A stretch of DNA of 64,000 bases from a virus (Duplodnaviria > Caudoviricetes). Numbering within the stretch: position 1 is the stretch's first letter; each line of letters begins with the position of its first letter. The notes beneath the pieces were generated by a model. The model made no database searches. It was not told the origin of the DNA and saw nothing but the letters and a program-made list of their open reading frames with translations. The translations under genes were made by a program, and so were the position numbers. This document shows, in pieces, positions 61,810 to 64,000 of this stretch. The stretch lies in the IMG/VR virus record IMGVR_UViG_3300005937_000009, positions 1-64,000 of that record; one strand, given 5' to 3'.

Positions 61810-62106
61810 TCATTGACTCGTGATGATGTATGCCTTACCGGTCACGGCGACCGGTTTATCCGGGATCACAAAGCCGAACGTGCCGGCGTTCGCTACCAGC
61901 GTCGGGCGGTACGCTTCATAAGTGATCATGGAGAAAGGCACACCCATGCCGGTCATGTATGCCTCGAGATCCGTTAATCTGCGGTATGAGTATGGGATAC
62001 CTTTCACCCATTGCCCGTTTACCTGCAAATCAAGAACATGGTATTCAAAGAGACACGCCAGGCTCTCTATGGTTGATTGCTCGTTGTCGGTTTTTACTGG
62101 TGTCAT
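61810..62106 (-). CDS. Hypothetical protein
   Basis: 98-aa ORF. Confidence 0.6.
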   Translation of the reverse strand: MTPVKTDNEQSTIESLACLFEYHVLDLQVNGQWVKGIPYSYRRLTDLEAYMTGMGVPFSMITYEAYRPTLVANAGTFGFVIPDKPVAVTGKAYIITSQ

Positions 62107-62108
62107 GC

Positions 62109-62324
62109 TTACCTTTCTTCCCTGGCTGCTTTCTCCTGTTTCATGACCTCTGCGAGTATTTCGCGGCCCACGGATGAGCGGCTGCGACCTCTGCCCCGAC
62201 GCTGCGCAACCTTCGCATCAAACCATGAGAGAATAGCTTTTTCTTCTTCATCGTCCGGATCTAACGAGATTTGTATGATTTCGTATCGTCGCTCTTTGTT
62301 ATTTTTGCTTGTTTTGTCACTCAT
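62109..62324 (-). CDS. Small putative ribbon-helix-helix regulator (Cro-like position)
   Basis: Beta strand IIQISLD, helix EEKAILSWFD, helix RSSVGREILAEVM; first gene of the leftward operon. Confidence 0.5.
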   Translation of the reverse strand: MSDKTSKNNKERRYEIIQISLDPDDEEEKAILSWFDAKVAQRRGRGRSRSSVGREILAEVMKQEKAAREER

Positions 62325-62333
62325 AATATATCA

Positions 62334-62375
62334 ATAGTGCGCACGAATACTATCTAAGTGTGCGCACTATGTCAA
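62334..62375 (-). promoter_or_regulatory. Leftward sigma70 promoter overlapped by two GTGCGCAC operators
   Basis: TTGACA-N17-TAGTAT (62375-62347); perfect inverted repeat ATAGTGCGCAC-N15-GTGCGCACTAT. Confidence 0.8.
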
Positions 62376-62488
62376 TCACTTTTTATTGACTGATTGACTC
62401 TGCAATATATTTTCCTGTACTCTATGAAATAGAGTCGGATTCTTGGTATGATGGGCATGAAAGCGTATTACAGGAGTTACAAAGAACA

Positions 62489-62926
62489 ATGACAAACAAA
62501 TCAGAGGCGCGTAGCCCTCGGCTCTTTGTGCGCATGCCGGATGAGCTTAAATATGAGTTCGACGCCGCATGCCGGATGTTGAGCGAGGACGTTGAGAGCT
62601 GGGCAAGCGCCATTATCCTCAAGCTGTTGGCAGCCTTCGCGCAGTCGGCTAAAATCAGGTATTGCACATTTTCCGGGCGAGAGTTGCCCAAAGTAACGAT
62701 GAGCGATGTAGTAACGATCGTGGCGGAAACATTGCGGGATATCGCCAAGGCGCAAGACCCGGAGAAGTTTGCCCGCCACTTGCAGAAAGTGCGTCAGCAA
62801 AAGAGCGAAATTCAGCCGGCGACTACAGCCAAGACGCCGCGCAAGGTAATTCACGCATCGGAACTGCCTCCCGACTATGAGGATTTCATCGATGTAACTC
62901 AGGAAATTCCCTCTCTTTTCCGTTAA
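62489..62926 (+). CDS. Arc/Mnt-like ribbon-helix-helix repressor
   Basis: SPRLFVRMPDELKYEFDAAC......S....I..LL is the Arc-type RHH pattern; divergent from the leftward operon. Confidence 0.7.
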   Translation: MTNKSEARSPRLFVRMPDELKYEFDAACRMLSEDVESWASAIILKLLAAFAQSAKIRYCTFSGRELPKVTMSDVVTIVAETLRDIAKAQDPEKFARHLQKVRQQKSEIQPATTAKTPRKVIHASELPPDYEDFIDVTQEIPSLFR

Positions 62927-63024
62927 AGTCTTTGTGAAGGTATGTTACAGTAATGCACCATTCATCTTGCCGCTAATTCTCTCCGTTTGCGGCAATCAAC
63001 AGACTCAAGAAGGGCACTGTAACA

Positions 63025-63309
63025 ATGACTCTCACCAGTACATTCACGCCCGCATTTACGGGGCTTTTTGCAATTATGCCTGAGATACTTAGAGGAGACT
63101 TCCCCGGTTATGATCTCGCCCACTACCTTCCTAACGCAACTCCAGAAGCGGGCGACCTCTGCTTTGTTGAATGCGAAGGGCGAAAGTTTTTAGGTCACTA
63201 TACGCCCGAGGCATCTGGACCCTGCTTTCTTCGTCCGGGATACAAGATCCTTGCTCCCGGTTTCCGAACCATCGCAGTATTAAAACCGTATTTCGCGCCA
63301 CCGGGTTAG
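63025..63309 (+). CDS. Hypothetical small beta-barrel protein
   Basis: AAGAAGGG SD; GDLCFVECEGRKFLG. Confidence 0.55.
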   Translation: MTLTSTFTPAFTGLFAIMPEILRGDFPGYDLAHYLPNATPEAGDLCFVECEGRKFLGHYTPEASGPCFLRPGYKILAPGFRTIAVLKPYFAPPG

Positions 63310-63628
63310 AGCGTTCTGGCCGGAACGTAGCCAACGCTCTCCAACGCTGGCCCGTCCCGGTCAGGTAGCCCGAAGACTACCCACTTATAGTGCGCTTCAC
63401 TTGCTTTCATTTCGGATTTCAACGGCATTGGAGCGTAAACGCAAGAAAGGCTAGCCGCTCCCCAACGGCTAGCCCTTATTGCCCCCCTTGACAACGCTAT
63501 TTACCTTCTCCTGCGTTGCTGGCTAATGTGTGACACTTCTGATTAACAATCTAACCTTACTACTACAGTAATAAGTACCATTTTTAGTGCGCATGTGTGA
63601 TCAGGACGCATTAAAGTTCACAAATATA

Positions 63629-63661
63629 AAAGCCGCTCGGCTGGCACACCGAACGGCTTTA
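63629..63661. terminator. Bidirectional terminator-like hairpin
   Basis: AAAGCCG.TCGG/CCGA.CGGCTTT. Confidence 0.6.
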
Positions 63662-63741
63662 TCTCTCCAACATGGCCCGCCATTCCTCGTTATCGGGCCG
63701 GGAGGACATTAACACACTCTGATTAAAGAGTCACGCCAAGT

Positions 63742-63966
63742 CTACCCTTGCGCACTGCGCACGATCCCCACGATGATCATGACAATGAGAACGAACGCCG
63801 CATACAGCAATGCTGGCCAGAGGGCTATTTGAACGCGGCGCCAGAGCGCACGCCGCATCTCCGCTGGCGGCAATTCGGTGATGAATAGATGAGACCGCCC
63901 GAAGTCGGCCTCTTCCCGGTAGAGTCGTTTGATATAGCGGTAAAATCGTTTGATGTATTTGATCAT
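63742..63966 (-). CDS. Small membrane protein
   Basis: GAGGGGA SD; C-terminal TM helix. Confidence 0.6.
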   Translation of the reverse strand: MIKYIKRFYRYIKRLYREEADFGRSHLFITELPPAEMRRALWRRVQIALWPALLYAAFVLIVMIIVGIVRSAQG

Positions 63967-64000
63967 TTCCCCTCCCTGATCTTCTGCGCTATCGTCTCTA

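Overview
The window looks like most of the genome of a tailed dsDNA bacteriophage or prophage with a podovirus-type (short tail, ejected internal proteins) morphogenesis module. A long minus-strand arm (about 62.3 kb down to 6.2 kb) runs: ribbon-helix-helix regulator, recombinase, PAPS-reductase-like gene, a conserved unknown protein followed by circularly permuted tRNA-mimic RNAs, MazG, MT-A70 methylase, lambda-O-like initiator with iterons, TGT/DpdA-like protein, a two-frame C5 methylase, a self-contained early unit, membrane/PAS/OM-barrel/RusA/holin genes, terminase, two CAU tRNAs, portal, a methyltransferase-glycosyltransferase plus gmd-fcl (GDP-fucose) cassette, scaffold, capsid, decoration proteins, four tail genes with signal peptides, adaptor and nozzle, and ejection proteins ending in a 3108-aa lytic-transglycosylase protein. 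A plus-strand arm (62.5-63.3 kb and 0.2-6.0 kb) carries small accessory genes and an anticodon-less tRNA-like RNA. I recognised no integrase, DNA polymerase, endolysin, CRISPR array or reverse transcriptase. Signal peptides and an outer-membrane barrel point to a diderm host (inference). All family assignments come from motif recognition by eye and need HMM confirmation. The most unusual features are the YrlA-like tRNA-mimic RNA array with no Ro/Rsr gene, the signal-peptide tail fibres together with a fucose glycosylation cassette, the overlapping-frame methylase with repeated TRD-like units, and a stand-alone FixL-like PAS protein at the head of the late operon.
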